Assembly (NCBI GenBank): GCA_902525595.1
Contig: CABZHO010000003.1
Span: forward strand, 4,099-68,098
Origin: an uncultured Pelagibacteraceae bacterium
GTDB lineage: Bacteria; Pseudomonadota; Alphaproteobacteria; Pelagibacterales; AG-422-B15
Length of the DNA: 64,000 nt
Direction of reading: 5' to 3'
Numbering within the stretch: position 1 is the first letter of the stretch; each line of letters starts with the position of its first letter. A model generated the notes under the pieces. The model made no database searches. It saw nothing but the letters and a program-made list of their open reading frames with translations, and had not been told where the DNA came from. Of the stretch, positions 32,626 to 42,438 are shown piece after piece. A program made the position numbers and the translations under genes.

Positions 32626-33396
32626 TTATGACTCTTTCCAAATCTGCCGATTTGTGAAGTAGAGTAAAACTGATAAAATTAAAAGATAAGAAATTACTTT
32701 AAAACCAATTCTTTTTCTAGCCTCGAGCTTAGGTTCAGCTGCCCAAGTAAGAAACATTGTTACATCACGAGACATTTGTTCTTGGCTTGCAATGGTTCCG
32801 TCAGTATATTCTACTCCATCCTCATACAAAACCTGAGGCATCGCTATCTTTTGTCCTTTAGCATACTTGTTGTAATAGACGCCATCATCAAGTTTTATGT
32901 CATTTGGCGCTTCAACATAACCTAGTAAAAGTGAATAAATATAGTCTGCTCCTCCATGACGTGCTTTTACCATCACCGATAGGTCAGGAGGGTAAGCTCC
33001 TCCGTTAGCAGCCCTTCCCTGTTGTTCATTTTCGTAAGGGCTTACAAATTTATCAGACAAAATTGCAGGCCGCATTTCGATTTCTCCATCTGAGTTAGGT
33101 ACTCCTGGGACTTCGAAGGCAGCGGCCATTGCCTTTGCCTGAGAATCTGAAAACTCTGGCCCTCCCTCTTCGACTAAGTTTCTATAGCTTAATAAATTCA
33201 TTGAATGGCAACCTGAACATACTTCAGTATAAACTTGATAACCTCTTTGTAGTGAAGCTCTATCAAATTTTCCAAGAGGTCCTTCAAATGACCAATCTGG
33301 GTGCATAGGTTCTTTTAATTCAGCAGAAAAAGCAATAGATGTTGCTAATAAGAGATATGAACAAAGTATTAAAAAAAAATTATTGTGCACTTTCAT
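32626..33396 (-). CDS. petC: Cytochrome c1
   Basis: WSF.G..G.FD..LQRG.QVY.EVCSGCH (CxxCH), PPDLS, IAMP, FL.WAAEP. Confidence 0.97.
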   Translation of the reverse strand: MKVHNNFFLILCSYLLLATSIAFSAELKEPMHPDWSFEGPLGKFDRASLQRGYQVYTEVCSGCHSMNLLSYRNLVEEGGPEFSDSQAKAMAAAFEVPGVPNSDGEIEMRPAILSDKFVSPYENEQQGRAANGGAYPPDLSVMVKARHGGADYIYSLLLGYVEAPNDIKLDDGVYYNKYAKGQKIAMPQVLYEDGVEYTDGTIASQEQMSRDVTMFLTWAAEPKLEARKRIGFKVISYLLILSVLLYFTNRQIWKES

Positions 33397-33401
33397 TAAT
33401 T

Positions 33402-34658
33402 TTACGTAACTGCCGCTGCGGCGGCTTTCATATCTCTTTCTTCTTTAGTTAAAACAGGCTCACTAAGACTTTTAGGTAGTGGTTTTGTTTTTTCAATGAA
33501 ACCAAGTAATGGCATGATAACAATAAAATGAACAAAGTAGTATATTGTAGCAATACGACCAATTATTAAATATAAACCATCAGCTGTCTGTGCACCTAAA
33601 TAACCTAGCAGTATTACATCCGCAAAAAATAGCCACACAAATTGCCTATATAAAGGTCTATATTTAGCTGACCTAACTTTTGAAGTATCTAACCATGGCA
33701 AGAAGGCAAGAATTGCGATTGCTGAAACCATTAAAATTACACCTCCTAGTTTATCTGGAACAGATCTAAGTATTGCGTAGAATGGTAAAAAATACCATTC
33801 AGGAACAATATGCTCAGGTGTTTGTAATGGATTTGCCTGAATATAGTTGTCAGAATGTCCGAGTATATTTGGTACAAAAAATACAAATCCAGCAAAAATT
33901 ATCATAAATACAACAAGTGCAAACAAATCCTTTACAACATAGTGAGGGTGGAAAGGTACTGTGTCTTGCGAACCCTGCACAACGTTAATACCTTCTGGAT
34001 TGTTATTTCCAGGAACATGAAGCGCCCATACATGTAAAATTACAAGAGCAAAAATTAAAAATGGCATAAGATAATGAAGTGTAAAAAATCTTGTGAGTAA
34101 AGGACTTCCAACAGCATAACCTCCCCACAACCAATTTGTAACCGACTCACCGACTACTGGTATAGCACTAAAAAGATTGGTAATAACTGTTGCTCCCCAG
34201 AAACTCATCTGCCCCCATGGCAACACATAGCCCATAAATGCCGTCGCAATCATTAGTAAGAAAATGAAGACACCAATGATCCAGATGAGCTCTCTAGGTT
34301 CTTTGTATGAACCGTAAAAAAGCGATCTAGCCATATGTATATAAACCGCCATAAAAAATAAAGATGCGCCATTAGCATGAATATATCTTAACAACCATCC
34401 ATAATTAACATCCCGCATAATATGTTCGACACTTGCAAAAGCTTGATCAGCATCGGCAACATAATGCATTGCTAGAACCAAGCCTGTGATTATTTGAGTA
34501 AGCAGACAGAAAGTTAATATACCCCCAAACGTCCACCAATAATTAAGATTTTTTGGTGTTGGGTATGGTAACAGATGTCCATAAATTAAATTTAATAAAG
34601 GTAGTCTGTCGTTAAACCATCTACCTACTGCTGATGTTGGTTGGTAATTATCACTCAT
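33402..34658 (-). CDS. petB: Cytochrome b
   Basis: [41 protein letters not shown]. Confidence 0.99.
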   Translation of the reverse strand: MSDNYQPTSAVGRWFNDRLPLLNLIYGHLLPYPTPKNLNYWWTFGGILTFCLLTQIITGLVLAMHYVADADQAFASVEHIMRDVNYGWLLRYIHANGASLFFMAVYIHMARSLFYGSYKEPRELIWIIGVFIFLLMIATAFMGYVLPWGQMSFWGATVITNLFSAIPVVGESVTNWLWGGYAVGSPLLTRFFTLHYLMPFLIFALVILHVWALHVPGNNNPEGINVVQGSQDTVPFHPHYVVKDLFALVVFMIIFAGFVFFVPNILGHSDNYIQANPLQTPEHIVPEWYFLPFYAILRSVPDKLGGVILMVSAIAILAFLPWLDTSKVRSAKYRPLYRQFVWLFFADVILLGYLGAQTADGLYLIIGRIATIYYFVHFIVIMPLLGFIEKTKPLPKSLSEPVLTKEERDMKAAAAAVT

Positions 34659-34664
34659 TTTTAT

Positions 34665-35174
34665 TTATCCAATTTTAATTGTGTTATCATTTAAAAATAC
34701 ATATTCAGGAATTTCTAGATTTGTAGGTGCTGGTCCTTTTCTTATTCTTCCTGAGGTGTCATAGTGTGACCCATGACAAGGACAAAACCATCCATTATAA
34801 TCACCTTTTTGTCCTAGAGGTATACATCCTAGGTGTGTACAGATTCCAACCATGACTAACCACTCAGGATTTAAAGCCCTCTCACTGTCATCTTGTGGAT
34901 CTGGTAGATCAGTTAATGATACCATTTGCGCCTCATTAATTTCTTCTTGGGTTCTTCTTCTTATAAAAACTGGTTTGCCTCTCCATAGAACTGTAATACT
35001 CTGACCAGGAACAATTGGCCTCAGATCTATCTCAGTCGATGCAAGAGCTTTAACTGAAGCATCAGGGTTCATCTGATCTATGAAAGGCCATGCTATCGAA
35101 GCTGCACCTGCAGCTGTGAATGCTCCCGTAGTTACATACAAAAAATTTCTTCTCGTGACTTGCTTTTCAGACAA
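34665..35174 (-). CDS. petA: Rieske iron-sulfur subunit of bc1 complex
   Basis: Tat motif TRRNFL, CTHLGC, CPCHGS; TTG start with upstream AGGA. Confidence 0.98.
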   Translation of the reverse strand: MSEKQVTRRNFLYVTTGAFTAAGAASIAWPFIDQMNPDASVKALASTEIDLRPIVPGQSITVLWRGKPVFIRRRTQEEINEAQMVSLTDLPDPQDDSERALNPEWLVMVGICTHLGCIPLGQKGDYNGWFCPCHGSHYDTSGRIRKGPAPTNLEIPEYVFLNDNTIKIG

Positions 35175-35259
35175 TTTAGATATCCTAAAATTTAATTGTT
35201 AATATACTTGTAAAATAAGCTTTTTTAAGGAAAAAAGAATATGCAACTGCTCAAAAAAT

Positions 35260-35276
35260 TGTGTCAAGATGCCGCA
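35260..35276 (-). promoter_or_regulatory. Putative RegA/PrrA-type box upstream of petABC
   Basis: TGCGGC-ATCTT-GACACA on the - strand resembles the GCGnC-N5-GnCGC RegA/RegR consensus. Confidence 0.45.
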
Positions 35277-35311
35277 TATTTCAATAATATTATTAAAAAA
35301 AATATCTTCTC

Positions 35312-35755
35312 ATGAATTTAGCAATATTTGAACCTGATATTCCTCAAAATACAGGTGCAATGATTCGAATTTGTGCGTGTTTTAATATCAATCTTGATAT
35401 AATTCACCCTGCATCATTTGCGATGACAGAAAAATCAATGGCTAGAGTTGCGATGGATTATAAAGAACATATTAACCTTAATGAATTTGATAATTGGGAG
35501 CATTATATTAAATCTAGGAAAGGGAGAAAAATCCTTCTTTCAACAATGGGGAGGACAAATCATTATGATATTAAATTCAAAGATTCTGATAACTTGATTG
35601 TTGGAAGAGAAAGCGCCGGTGTTCCACAATATGTTCACGAACAATCCGACCATGTGATTAGAATACCAATGAATGAAAAGTCACGATCACTAAATGTTGC
35701 TGTTTCCTCAGCAATTGTTATATCTGAAGCTCATAGGCAACTTAAGCTATTTTAA
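35312..35755 (+). CDS. trmL: tRNA (cytidine/uridine-34 2'-O)-methyltransferase
   Basis: PDIPQNTG, MDY, GRESAG.P, IPM...RSLNVA (SPOUT fold). Confidence 0.93.
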   Translation: MNLAIFEPDIPQNTGAMIRICACFNINLDIIHPASFAMTEKSMARVAMDYKEHINLNEFDNWEHYIKSRKGRKILLSTMGRTNHYDIKFKDSDNLIVGRESAGVPQYVHEQSDHVIRIPMNEKSRSLNVAVSSAIVISEAHRQLKLF

Positions 35756-36559
35756 ATGATCAATAAGAAAAAAATATGTTTGCAATGGTTTAAAGATTTG
35801 CAAGATTTAATATGTAATACAGTAATAGATTTAGAAAAAGAATATGACTCAAGAGCAAAATTTAAATCAAATAAATGGGAAAAAGGTGAATTTAGAATTA
35901 TTAAAGGTAGCGTAATTGAAAAAGGTGGAGTTGCTTTTTCAAATGTGACAGGTACATTTCCAAAAAATTTTGCAAATCAAATACCTGGAACAGAAAAGAA
36001 AAGATCATTTTGGTCTTCTGGTGTCTCAGTCGTCTTACATCCCGTTAATCCACATGTTCCTGCTCTACATTTTAATACTCGTCATATTATAACAGGCAAA
36101 AACTGGTTTGGAGGAGGTATAGATGCCACCCCTTGCATGCAAGATACTAAATTAAAAAAATACTTTCACTCAAAGTTGGAGAAAATGTGTAATGATCACA
36201 ATAAAAAATATTACAAAAAATACAAAAAATGGTGTGATGAATACTTTTTTCTGCCGCATAGAAAAGAAATTAGAGGTATTGGAGGAATATTCTTTGACTA
36301 TAAAATGAATGATTGGAATAGCGACTTTGAATTTGTTAGAGATGTTGGCTTAACGTTTAATGACTTAGTTCGAGAAATTATAAGGAAAAAAATGTTCAAA
36401 AAATATACGAAGAAAGATAAGGAAAATCAGTTATTGAAACGTGGTAGATACGTAGAATATAATCTTCTTTTTGACAGAGGTACAAAATTTGGACTTAATA
36501 CTGGTGGTAACGTTGAAGCAATTTTAATGTCTATGCCACCGAACGCTAAGTGGAAATAA
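35756..36559 (+). CDS. hemF: Oxygen-dependent coproporphyrinogen III oxidase
   Basis: EKGGV.FS, GVSVV.HP.NP.VP..HFN.R, WFGGG.D, RG.GGIFFD, RGRYVEYNL.FDRGT.FGL. Confidence 0.96.
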   Translation: MINKKKICLQWFKDLQDLICNTVIDLEKEYDSRAKFKSNKWEKGEFRIIKGSVIEKGGVAFSNVTGTFPKNFANQIPGTEKKRSFWSSGVSVVLHPVNPHVPALHFNTRHIITGKNWFGGGIDATPCMQDTKLKKYFHSKLEKMCNDHNKKYYKKYKKWCDEYFFLPHRKEIRGIGGIFFDYKMNDWNSDFEFVRDVGLTFNDLVREIIRKKMFKKYTKKDKENQLLKRGRYVEYNLLFDRGTKFGLNTGGNVEAILMSMPPNAKWK

Positions 36560-36565
36560 ATTTAA

Positions 36566-37045
36566 ATGGATACAGAACCAATTACATCAAATGGTGCAAA
36601 AAAACTTCAAGATGAGCTAAGTGATTTAATTAATAATAAAAGACAAAAAGTTATACAAGCGATTGCGGAAGCAAGAGAACACGGTGACTTAAAAGAAAAT
36701 GCTGAATATCATGCTGCAAAAGAAGAGCAGGGCCATATTGAAGGACGAATTCAAGAAATACAACTTCTGCTAGCAAATGCAGAAATAATTGATATCTCTG
36801 ATATTCCTTCTAATCAAAAAACAGTTGTATTTGGAGCAACTGTAGAAGTTGAAGATATAGATAGTAATTCAAAAACAAAATTTCAAATTGTGGGTAACGA
36901 TGAAGCAGATATTGAGTCAGGATTACTTTCCTACAAATCACCTGTTGCAAAATCATTAATTGGAAAAGAAAGAGGTGATTTTGTTACAGTCACGACGCCA
37001 AGAGGAGAAAAAAACTACGAAGTAAAAAGAATTATATATAAATAG
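36566..37045 (+). CDS. greA: Transcription elongation factor GreA
   Basis: [43 protein letters not shown]. Confidence 0.97.
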   Translation: MDTEPITSNGAKKLQDELSDLINNKRQKVIQAIAEAREHGDLKENAEYHAAKEEQGHIEGRIQEIQLLLANAEIIDISDIPSNQKTVVFGATVEVEDIDSNSKTKFQIVGNDEADIESGLLSYKSPVAKSLIGKERGDFVTVTTPRGEKNYEVKRIIYK

Positions 37046-37050
37046 CCATT

Positions 37051-38283
37051 CTATTTTTTTGATTGAACAATAGCTTTTAATCTCTCAATCAAGGAAAACT
37101 TATCATCGATAAAATCATTTTCAGCCCACCAGTCTTCAACATCTTTTAAAATTTCACCGACTATCGGACCCTGGGAAATACCCATATTAATTACATCCCT
37201 GGCAGAAATATCAAAAATCGGTTTTGTCCAACTCTGAGAAACTTCGTAAAGCGACCGCCAGTTCACTTCATTTTTATTTTTGGTATCAACAGCCCACTTA
37301 ATCAATATTTGTTTTTGAAATTCATCTCGTCCTAATGAATAAAGTAAATATCTTACTTCTTTCATAGAAATGTAAGACACAACTTTTTTATTGATATTGC
37401 ACAATTTTAATAACTCAACTGAGTCCGATTTTGATAAAGGTAGATCTTTTATAAAATCATTTGCATTTTCTAAGGAATTGTTTGCTAACAGACTCAACCT
37501 CAATATTGGATTAGGATTAATACCTATGCGACTTTCTATCTCTATTAAATTACTAAAAGCATCATTTATATTTGTGCGATTAAAATACTTATCCATGAGC
37601 CCAATTTTACTCATAGACGATATTGCAATACTAGGATTAGGAAGATTTAGAATAGCTCTTAATTCGTCCCACCGCCTTTCTTTGGAGACAACAGAAAGAC
37701 CATCTATATTAGATTTAATGATTTCAATAATGGCCTCATCTGATTCAGACTTATCTAATAACGCTAAAAATCTAAAGTATCTTAATATTCTCAAGTAATC
37801 TTCTTTAATCCTTTTATCAGGATTGCCGATAAAGCGAACATTTCTGCCTTCAATATCTTTTTGACCTTCCAAAGGATCAAACAGGTCACCATTGCCACCT
37901 AAGTACATTGCATTAATAGTAAAATCTCTTCTTAAAACATCCTCATCTATACTTCTTGAGTATAACACTTTAGTGTGACGCCCATCGGCTTCAGTGTCTT
38001 TTCTAAACGTGGTAATCTCAAATTTTTTATCATTAATAATTGCTGTGACAGTTCCAAAATCAATACCGATATCGAGAAAACTAATATTATTGCGATTAAG
38101 AAGTTCTGTTATTTCATCCGGCTCTAAAGATGTTGCAAAATCAATATCTGTTATTGTTTTATCTAAAAATATATCTCTAATGCAACCACCAACTGCAAAA
38201 ATACAATTTTTTTGATGATCATTAAAGATCTTAAATATTTTTGTAACCTCATTAACTTCTAATATTGATGAAAACTTTTTCAT
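37051..38283 (-). CDS. cca: CCA tRNA nucleotidyltransferase
   Basis: VGGC.RD, DID.AT, FEITTFR.D...DGR, RRDFTINA, EDYLRILR.FRF. Confidence 0.9.
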   Translation of the reverse strand: MKKFSSILEVNEVTKIFKIFNDHQKNCIFAVGGCIRDIFLDKTITDIDFATSLEPDEITELLNRNNISFLDIGIDFGTVTAIINDKKFEITTFRKDTEADGRHTKVLYSRSIDEDVLRRDFTINAMYLGGNGDLFDPLEGQKDIEGRNVRFIGNPDKRIKEDYLRILRYFRFLALLDKSESDEAIIEIIKSNIDGLSVVSKERRWDELRAILNLPNPSIAISSMSKIGLMDKYFNRTNINDAFSNLIEIESRIGINPNPILRLSLLANNSLENANDFIKDLPLSKSDSVELLKLCNINKKVVSYISMKEVRYLLYSLGRDEFQKQILIKWAVDTKNKNEVNWRSLYEVSQSWTKPIFDISARDVINMGISQGPIVGEILKDVEDWWAENDFIDDKFSLIERLKAIVQSKK

Positions 38284-38300
38284 TATCTAGCTTATTTATA

Positions 38301-38939
38301 TTATTTTAAAATTTGATAAAGATTAATAAGCATGCCAGCTGTTGCACCCCAAATATGGTAATCTTTGTATGGTAATACGTAATAATCGTAATCATATTTT
38401 TTATTATCAACTTCATAAGTTGCAATTTCTATTTTATGATTTCTACTATCCATCAAAAATTTCAAAGGAAGGAAAAATACTTCATCTACTTCGTTTTTGT
38501 TGATTTTGAGGGAAGAGTAATCAGAAACTAAACACACAATTGGCATTATTCTATATCCAGTACCAGTTATGTACACATCGAGATTTCCAATAACTCGAAC
38601 ATTTTTTGAATTCAAACCAATTTCTTCTTTGGCCTCCCTCAGCGCTGTATCAATGGGAGATGAGTCCATTTTTTCAATTTTACCGCCTGGGAAACTTATT
38701 TGACCAGCATGATCCTTCAGTTTATCGGGTCGCTTGGTAAGTATAATCTTAATCTCGTCATCAAAATTACAAATTGGCACCAAAACCGCAGATGGTCTTA
38801 AATTAACTTTATCTTTATATTCTTTTGCTAAGGGATGATGCTTTCTAGTAAATAAATCAGTTGTTAGTTTATCAAAATAATTATGGGATATTTGATCTGA
38901 GCCGGCAAATAATTCAATTAGCCTGTCAAAATTAGTCAT
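38301..38939 (-). CDS. nudL: CoA pyrophosphatase (Nudix, NudL-like)
   Basis: LT.R...L..HAGQISFPGG, Nudix box ALREA.EEIGL, IWGATAG. Confidence 0.88.
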   Translation of the reverse strand: MTNFDRLIELFAGSDQISHNYFDKLTTDLFTRKHHPLAKEYKDKVNLRPSAVLVPICNFDDEIKIILTKRPDKLKDHAGQISFPGGKIEKMDSSPIDTALREAKEEIGLNSKNVRVIGNLDVYITGTGYRIMPIVCLVSDYSSLKINKNEVDEVFFLPLKFLMDSRNHKIEIATYEVDNKKYDYDYYVLPYKDYHIWGATAGMLINLYQILK

Positions 38940-39517
38940 TATTTCTTGACTTCATGAATCTTGAAAGTTTCACCCATACTTTTTATCACTAAGTAAGTTT
39001 TGTTTTTAATAACCTCTTCTTCTGCAAGGTCTACTAATTCATAAAAGACTGAACGTGATAAAAGCGCACGAAGGTTTTTTCGTACAACAATATAAGGTGA
39101 TGGTTCTTCATTATTATCAATTTTAATAATTAGTGAATTTTTTTTTGATAATACAACTTCTTCATTTAGATTTGTTTTGAATAAGAAACTGTCTTGTCCA
39201 CTTTCGTCGATCTTGTCAAGAGAAACAGCAACAAATGGTGCATCCTCTACTTGGATTCTGACCTTTTCAACTGGTGTTACTAAGTAATAGTCTCCATCTT
39301 CATCAAGCCGAAGAATACTTGAAAAAAGTTTTACCATTGCTGGTCGCTTAATCTCTGAACCCATATAAAACCATTTCCCATTTCTTAGAATCTTCATATC
39401 AATATCTCCACAAAATGGAGGATTCCATTTTTCTACTGGGGGGTATGATTTACTATTTTTTTTACTATAACTATAGATTGTCTCTAATCCTTTTAAATTT
39501 ACAGGTTGATCAGTCAT
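38939..39517 (-). CDS. DUF1285 domain-containing protein
   Basis: PPVEKWNPPFCGDIDM.I..NG.W.Y.GS.I.R, LVTPVEKV.I.VEDAPF. Confidence 0.92.
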   Translation of the reverse strand: MTDQPVNLKGLETIYSYSKKNSKSYPPVEKWNPPFCGDIDMKILRNGKWFYMGSEIKRPAMVKLFSSILRLDEDGDYYLVTPVEKVRIQVEDAPFVAVSLDKIDESGQDSFLFKTNLNEEVVLSKKNSLIIKIDNNEEPSPYIVVRKNLRALLSRSVFYELVDLAEEEVIKNKTYLVIKSMGETFKIHEVKK

Positions 39518-39520
39518 AAT

Positions 39521-40003
39521 TTACGAAAATTTATATTTTTTAATTGAGTTTAATTCGGCCTTCAATTTTTTCATCAAAACGCGATTTATATCAACAGGGC
39601 CATAAAACTCAAATTTTTTACCTATTTTATTAAAACCAAACTTCTTGTAATAATCTATATCTCCGACAACAATTATAAATGAGTAATTAGAATTTAATTC
39701 AATTTTTTTGAGGGAATATTCCACTAAATTTACTCCGTAACCATGACCTATAAGTTTGGGATTAACCGCTAATGGTCCCAAAAGTAAGCCGTTATATTGT
39801 CCGTTAAGCTTTGTAGGGCAATAATCAATACATGCGGCAAGTTCATCACAATTCAATGATACATATGAGTAACTTTTCTCATATGGATACTTTTCACGTA
39901 ACCGATATACCGACCGTGCATACCTCCCCGGACCAAAAACCATATTCAGTAGATTTAATTTATTTATTGTATCTGCTTCAGTTGCTAGTCGAATATTTTT
40001 CAT
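39521..40003 (-). CDS. GNAT family N-acetyltransferase
   Basis: FGPGRYAR..YRLRE, LLGPLAV.P...G.G.G, VGD..YY.KFGF. Confidence 0.88.
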   Translation of the reverse strand: MKNIRLATEADTINKLNLLNMVFGPGRYARSVYRLREKYPYEKSYSYVSLNCDELAACIDYCPTKLNGQYNGLLLGPLAVNPKLIGHGYGVNLVEYSLKKIELNSNYSFIIVVGDIDYYKKFGFNKIGKKFEFYGPVDINRVLMKKLKAELNSIKKYKFS

Positions 40004-40073
40004 GATTAAACTTCAATATTCTCTTTTATTAGATAATATCTTTGAGAATAATTAATTATTTTGGAGGTATACT

Positions 40074-40529
40074 ATGCAGAGTGTAGATGTAAAGGATTTA
40101 GAAAATTATCAAGGTAAAGATATGGGTTATTCTGATTGGATGGCTATTGATCAAAAAAGAATAAATACGTTTGCTGATGCAACTGACGATCACCAATGGA
40201 TTCACGTAAATGAGGAAAAAGCTCAAAATGAACTTCCAACTAAAAGTACTATTGCCCATGGCTTTTTAAGTCTTTCTTTAAGTGTACCACTCGCAGGAAA
40301 AATTTGGACTATCACTGGTACGAAAATGGTAATTAATTATGGTCTCAACAAGGTAAGATTTATTAATATGGTGCCAGTGGACTCACGTGTACGGATGTCA
40401 GTCAAGATTAAAGAAGTAAATAAATTAGAGAATGGAGGTACACAAGTAATCAGTGAAGCAACTCTTGAAATTGAAGGACAAGATAAACCTGCTTATATAG
40501 CCGAGACAATTATGGTCGCTTTTCCCTAA
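40074..40529 (+). CDS. MaoC/NodN-like hotdog-fold dehydratase
   Basis: SDW..IDQ.RI..FADAT.D.QWIH, TIAHGFL.LS, NYGLNKVRF; strong SD sequence GGAGG. Confidence 0.9.
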   Translation: MQSVDVKDLENYQGKDMGYSDWMAIDQKRINTFADATDDHQWIHVNEEKAQNELPTKSTIAHGFLSLSLSVPLAGKIWTITGTKMVINYGLNKVRFINMVPVDSRVRMSVKIKEVNKLENGGTQVISEATLEIEGQDKPAYIAETIMVAFP

Positions 40530-40531
40530 TA

Positions 40532-41380
40532 ATGAGTGATAAATCATTTCCGGATCCTGATGCATATACAATCAGTCTAGACACAGAAATCATTAAAATA
40601 CTTACATGGAATCTCTGGTGGAAGTTTGAAGATTATAAGTTTAGAGAAAAATTAATTTTATCTGAAATTGAAAATAATCATCCTGATATCTTATGCTTAC
40701 AAGAAGTGTGGGAGGAAGAAGATGAAAGTCAGGCTAGAACAATTGCTAATAAGCTTGATTACAATTATATATTTGAAAAATCTTTTGAATTTGATGGCGT
40801 ATCATTTGGAAACGCGATAATTACAAAATTTCCAATTAGTTCTCATAAAAAAATCTCGTTTAATACAACTCCAGATAAAGATGAGAAGAGGTTTCTACTT
40901 CATCTGGAATTAGAATATAAAAATAAGATCAGCATAAATGTTTTTTGTACCCACCTTAATTACAAATATGAACACCAACCAGAACGAATGAGACAGGTAA
41001 AGCAAATTATGGAATATATGAGCCAACTCAAACCATCTAAATTTCCAATTATTTTGTGCGGGGATTTTAATGCAGATCCTGATAGTGATGAAATCAGAAC
41101 AATAACTGGGCTAACCAAACCTATAAATGATATTGTGCTAAGAGATGCCTGGAAATTAGTAAATAGAGATGATCCTGGATACACTTGGTCTAACGAAAAT
41201 AATTGGGCAAAGAAAACTTTGGAACAGGACAGGCGAATTGACTATGTGTTTCTTGGAAAATCTGGACCAAATGGATTAGGTTATCCTATTGATTGCAAAA
41301 TAATCGGTAATCAAAAAAATAAGTTTTTTCCAAGCGATCACTATGGATTAATTGCTCATTTAGTAGGATTGAGCCAGTGA
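40532..41380 (+). CDS. Endonuclease/exonuclease/phosphatase (EEP) family protein
   Basis: TWNLWW, DILCLQEV, GNAI, THL, GDFN, DAW, RIDYVF, SDH. Confidence 0.9.
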   Translation: MSDKSFPDPDAYTISLDTEIIKILTWNLWWKFEDYKFREKLILSEIENNHPDILCLQEVWEEEDESQARTIANKLDYNYIFEKSFEFDGVSFGNAIITKFPISSHKKISFNTTPDKDEKRFLLHLELEYKNKISINVFCTHLNYKYEHQPERMRQVKQIMEYMSQLKPSKFPIILCGDFNADPDSDEIRTITGLTKPINDIVLRDAWKLVNRDDPGYTWSNENNWAKKTLEQDRRIDYVFLGKSGPNGLGYPIDCKIIGNQKNKFFPSDHYGLIAHLVGLSQ

Positions 41381-41751
41381 GTATTTTAATTTCAGTTTTT
41401 TTAGGTGGTGGATTTGGAGCCATTATTCGTTATCTCGTGATTGAGCAAGTTAATAAACTTTTCTTAGTTGCATTTCCTTTTGGAACAATCGCTGTAAATG
41501 TTATTGGTGCTTTCTTAATTGGGCTTTTATCAAGTTATTTAGCTGAGAGACTTGACGTTTCAGAGAATATAAAAATGTTTTTAATTGTTGGATTTTGTGG
41601 AGGCTTTACTACGTTCTCCTCATTCAATATAGAATTCTATCAATTATTTAGTAGTGGTGAGATTTTATCTTCACTGATTTACGTTACAACAACATTTATA
41701 CTAACAGTTGTTGCTTTTTATGTTGGAGTAAGTCTGCTTAAGCTTATCTAA
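41377..41751 (+). CDS. crcB: Fluoride channel FluC/CrcB
   Basis: GGG.GA..RY, P.GT..VN..G, GFCGGFTTFSSF; GTG start overlapping the EEP stop. Confidence 0.95.
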   Translation: MSILISVFLGGGFGAIIRYLVIEQVNKLFLVAFPFGTIAVNVIGAFLIGLLSSYLAERLDVSENIKMFLIVGFCGGFTTFSSFNIEFYQLFSSGEILSSLIYVTTTFILTVVAFYVGVSLLKLI

Positions 41752-42303
41752 TTATTTATTACGCCTCTTTAACATAAAGTTTGCTAGGCCATCATATCCC
41801 TTATCAATCATCATTTTTGCTGATGCAATGTTTTGGACTTGATCAAGAGGTTTAATTTGATGCGCAACGACTACTGTATTCATAAATTGAGCTGCAGAAC
41901 AAATAGAAATTATTTCAGATATGACTTTTTCTTCAAACCCATATTGTAATATTGCTTCTACATCGTCTTCAGATATTGAATGAATATCTTCATTAACTTT
42001 ATGAGATAATTTAAGTATTGGCTTATACTTTTCCTCTATTTCAGATTGCTCAATATCGGTTAAAAAATTTGTGTCATTATTATCTCTCAAAATTTTTTTT
42101 GATATTTCTGCATGAATATTTTTACAGTAGTTACATCCATTTAAACCTGAAACGTAAGCAAAGATCATTTCTTTAACATGTGTCGGCAATATCGTTTCTT
42201 GTCTCATCAACGACTCTAAGTATGATACAAAATGATTTTGATAAGCCCAGTTATCCAAAAACACATCATAAACGGATTTATATTTGTTCAAAAAGTTACT
42301 CAT
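41752..42303 (-). CDS. AhpD-like/carboxymuconolactone decarboxylase family peroxidase-related protein
   Basis: KEMI..YVS.LNGCNYC..IH (CxxC...H). True start is ATG at 42303 with SD GAGG; the track ORF wrongly extends through the tRNA. Confidence 0.85.
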   Translation of the reverse strand: MSNFLNKYKSVYDVFLDNWAYQNHFVSYLESLMRQETILPTHVKEMIFAYVSGLNGCNYCKNIHAEISKKILRDNNDTNFLTDIEQSEIEEKYKPILKLSHKVNEDIHSISEDDVEAILQYGFEEKVISEIISICSAAQFMNTVVVAHQIKPLDQVQNIASAKMMIDKGYDGLANFMLKRRNK

Positions 42304-42320
42304 AATTTTACCTCTAAAAG

Positions 42321-42395
42321 TGGCTGGGGCGGGAGGATTCGAACCTCCGAATGCCGCTACCAAAAAGCGGTGCCTTACCGCTTGGCCACGCCCCA
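42321..42395 (-). tRNA. tRNA-Gln(TTG)
   Basis: TGGGGCG...CGCCCCA-G-CCA acceptor stem, D-arm GCCAAGCGGTAAGGC, anticodon arm CCGCT-TTTTGGT-AGCGG, T-loop GGTTCGAATCC; CCA encoded. Confidence 0.97.
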
Positions 42396-42438
42396 ATACT
42401 AATTAATTATTTAGTTTAACAAATAAATATTGCAATGT

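Noticed and set aside
40004-40073. Fluoride riboswitch expected ahead of the crcB-containing operon
   Set aside because: No GGNRAUGR...CURAUGRC-type consensus in this spacer or just upstream of crcB.
42304-42396. N-terminal extension of the track ORF 41752..42396 (MGRGQAVRH...)
   Set aside because: It is a translation of the tRNA-Gln gene. The real start is ATG 42303 with an SD sequence.
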